Below are positions 61,871 to 64,000 of a stretch of 64,000 nt of DNA, in pieces. Location: positions 96,001 through 160,000 of the forward strand of contig JANRIL010000019.1 in the NCBI GenBank assembly GCA_033764955.1. Reading direction: 5' to 3'. This DNA is from Cyanobacteriota bacterium. GTDB taxonomy: Bacteria > Cyanobacteriota > Cyanobacteriia > Thermostichales > Thermostichaceae. Positions within the stretch are counted from its first letter, which is position 1. Each line of letters starts with the position of its first letter. The translations under genes and the position numbers were made by a program. The notes below the pieces were generated by a model. That model was not told the DNA's origin. It saw only the letters and a program-made list of their open reading frames with translations, and searched no databases.

Positions 61871-63478
61871 ATGACCGCTTTCGGGATCCCCTCCCCCAAC
61901 CCTATCCAAACCGAGGTGATGGCCAGTGCGTTGGCGGGTATTGCCGAAGAAATGGGGGCACGTCTAATCCAAGCATCCTATTCCTCCAATATTAAGGAGC
62001 GGCGGGACTGTTCCACAGCTCTCTTCGATGGGGGGGGGCGGCTGTTGGCGCAGGCGGCGCATATTCCTGTCCATTTGGGGGCATTGGCGGAAGCGGTGCA
62101 GGCGGTGATGGCCTGTCAACCCCAGCCTGGGGATAGCTATCTGCTCAACGATCCCTTTCATGGGGGATCCCATTTGCCGGATCTAACGTTGGTGACGGCG
62201 ATGGGTAGCTTGGCGGATCCCGAACGGGTGGTGGCGTTTGCGGTGAATCGCGCTCACCACGCTGATGTCGGGGGGATGCGTCCCGGATCGATGCCCGCCG
62301 ATTCCACTGATATTTGGCAGGAGGGACTGGTGATTCCGCCGATCCGGTTGGCTCGTTGGCGGCAGGGAGAACCGGAATGGGATCCCATGGTGCTACGCCT
62401 GATTTTGGCGAATGTGCGGCGACCGGAACAACGGCGGGGAGATTTGTTAGCGCAACTGGGGGCTAACCGAGTCGGCTTCCAACGGTTTCATGAGTTGCTC
62501 CGCCAACAGGGGGAAGCCACCGTTTGGCAGCGCATCCAGCAGGTGATCGACTCCAGTGAACAGCGGATGCGAGCCTGCATTGAAGCGTTACCCGACGGGG
62601 AGTATGCCGCCACTGACTATCTGGAACCGGACGATTGGAATCCGCAAGGGATCCGCTTGCAGGTGGTGGTCAGGGTGAAAGGATCCGATCTGGAGGTGGA
62701 TTTTTCGGGAACTGAGGCAGCGGTTGTCAACAATTTGAATGCCCCTTTGGCAGTGACCCGCTCGGCGGTATTGTTTGCCCTGCGCTGTTTGCTCGATCCG
62801 ACGGCTCCCAGCAATGGGGGCAGTGAGCGGCCTTTGCATATTCACGTTCCGGTGGGATGTCTATTAAATGCCCAATTTCCGGCGGCGGTGGTGGCGGGCA
62901 ATGTGGAAACCTCGCAGCGGGTAGCAGATCTACTCTTAACCGCTTTATCCCCTGTAGCCGGAGAACGGGCAATGGCTCAGGGACAAGGCACGATGAACAA
63001 CGTGATTCTGGGTAACGCTCATTTCACCTATTACGAGACGTTAGGGGGAGGGCAGGGGGCTAGTCAACGAGGACCAGGACTGGACGGCGTGCATGTGGGA
63101 ATGAGCAACACCCTCAATACTCCCATCGAAAGCCTGGAGTTGGAATATCCCCTGCGGGTGATCGCCTATCAACTGCGGAGTGACAGTGGCGGGGCAGGGC
63201 AGCAGCGAGGGGGATGGGGATTAACTCGTTCCCTACAGATTTTGGAGAACTGCACCCTTTCGTTATTAACCGAGCGACGCCGTTTTGCTCCCCAAGGACT
63301 GGCACAGGGATCCCCTGGGCAGGTCGGGCAAAATCTGGTGAATGGACAACCGATCGCGGGCAAGACGTCCTGTCGGTTGCGGGCGGGGGATATGCTCACC
63401 CTCCATACGCCGGGTGGGGGAGGGTTTGGGGATGCAGAGGTGGGGACGGTGAATGTAGTTTCCACTACAGAAAGCTAA
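61871..63478 (+). CDS. Hydantoinase B / 5-oxoprolinase family protein
   Basis: SSNIKERRDCS, AHIPVHLG, NDPFHGGSHLPD, RAHHADVGG..PGSM, GNVETSQR, YYETLGGGQGA, TPGGGGFG. Confidence 0.92.
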   Translation: MTAFGIPSPNPIQTEVMASALAGIAEEMGARLIQASYSSNIKERRDCSTALFDGGGRLLAQAAHIPVHLGALAEAVQAVMACQPQPGDSYLLNDPFHGGSHLPDLTLVTAMGSLADPERVVAFAVNRAHHADVGGMRPGSMPADSTDIWQEGLVIPPIRLARWRQGEPEWDPMVLRLILANVRRPEQRRGDLLAQLGANRVGFQRFHELLRQQGEATVWQRIQQVIDSSEQRMRACIEALPDGEYAATDYLEPDDWNPQGIRLQVVVRVKGSDLEVDFSGTEAAVVNNLNAPLAVTRSAVLFALRCLLDPTAPSNGGSERPLHIHVPVGCLLNAQFPAAVVAGNVETSQRVADLLLTALSPVAGERAMAQGQGTMNNVILGNAHFTYYETLGGGQGASQRGPGLDGVHVGMSNTLNTPIESLELEYPLRVIAYQLRSDSGGAGQQRGGWGLTRSLQILENCTLSLLTERRRFAPQGLAQGSPGQVGQNLVNGQPIAGKTSCRLRAGDMLTLHTPGGGGFGDAEVGTVNVVSTTES

Positions 63479-63527
63479 GGGAGAGGGGCTTAGCGTGAGG
63501 GCGTTACGTGATACTCTGCAACCCTCC

Positions 63528-64000
63528 ATGCCTATGTCTTTTGTGAAGTCTTTTCTCCCCCTATTGACCACGCTAGCGGCTGGGGTGACCACCTTAACAG
63601 TAACGGCTTTTTCTGGCCTAACCCTGCGGGCTGCCCCACTTGTAGATACCCATCCTCCCCTATTGGCGCAAAATCAATCCCTCACCCCCGTCAAATTCAC
63701 CTTGTCTTGGCTATTGCAGGGAGTAGATGCCCCCCTCACTACCGCTATCGAAAAGGGCTACTTTGCGGAGGAAGGGTTGCAGGTCACGTTTGAACGGGGA
63801 TTTGGCTCCGCCGACTCGATTGGCAAGATTGCAGCAGGTCAATACGATCTGGGGTTTGGGGATCCCTATTCGATGATCGAGTTTAACGAAAAGAACCCTG
63901 ACCAAAAGCTGATCACGATTGCGGTTCCCTACAACAAAGCCCCCTTCACGATCATTTCTTTGAAAAAATCTGGCATCAATAGCCCTGCTGATCTGGCAGG
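63528..64000 (+). CDS. NMT1/THI5-like ABC transporter substrate-binding protein, 3'-truncated by the window edge
   Basis: Hand translation MPMSFVKSFLPLLTTLAAG...VKFTLSWLLQGVDAPLTTAIEKGYFAEEGLQVTFERGFGSADSIGKIAAGQYDLGFGD...SGINSPADLA; open to the window end. Confidence 0.85.
   Translation, partial: MPMSFVKSFLPLLTTLAAGVTTLTVTAFSGLTLRAAPLVDTHPPLLAQNQSLTPVKFTLSWLLQGVDAPLTTAIEKGYFAEEGLQVTFERGFGSADSIGKIAAGQYDLGFGDPYSMIEFNEKNPDQKLITIAVPYNKAPFTIISLKKSGINSPADLA

Overview
Gene-dense cyanobacterial chromosome segment. Evidence: sigA, glsF, psaK, ndhO, ndhQ, pxcA and a Sll0314/Alr1548-type TPR gene. The palindrome GGGATCCC is very frequent while canonical HIP1 GCGATCGC is almost absent, which points to the Thermostichus (Synechococcus OS-A/OS-B'-like) lineage; this assignment is an inference. 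Most of the window is housekeeping (sdhB, comEC, gatB, recG, mutY, miaE, dps, tRNA-fMet, uvrA, rodZ, gmk, ftsQ, wza-wzc). The main accessory signal is integron-type DNA with no integrase in the window. A 1747-bp two-gene cassette (26911-28657, minus strand) starts with G|TTAGACC, ends in a recognisable attC site, lacks the host palindrome, and appears inserted at an ordinary chromosomal GTT just after a GT9 gene. A second, lone attC-like hairpin lies about 2.3 kb away (31002-31098). Two small MITE-like elements follow sdhB, and one supplies the current sdhB C-terminus and stop codon. A 45-aa ndhQ missing from the ORF track was recovered. All product calls are from motif recognition by eye; no database searches were run.
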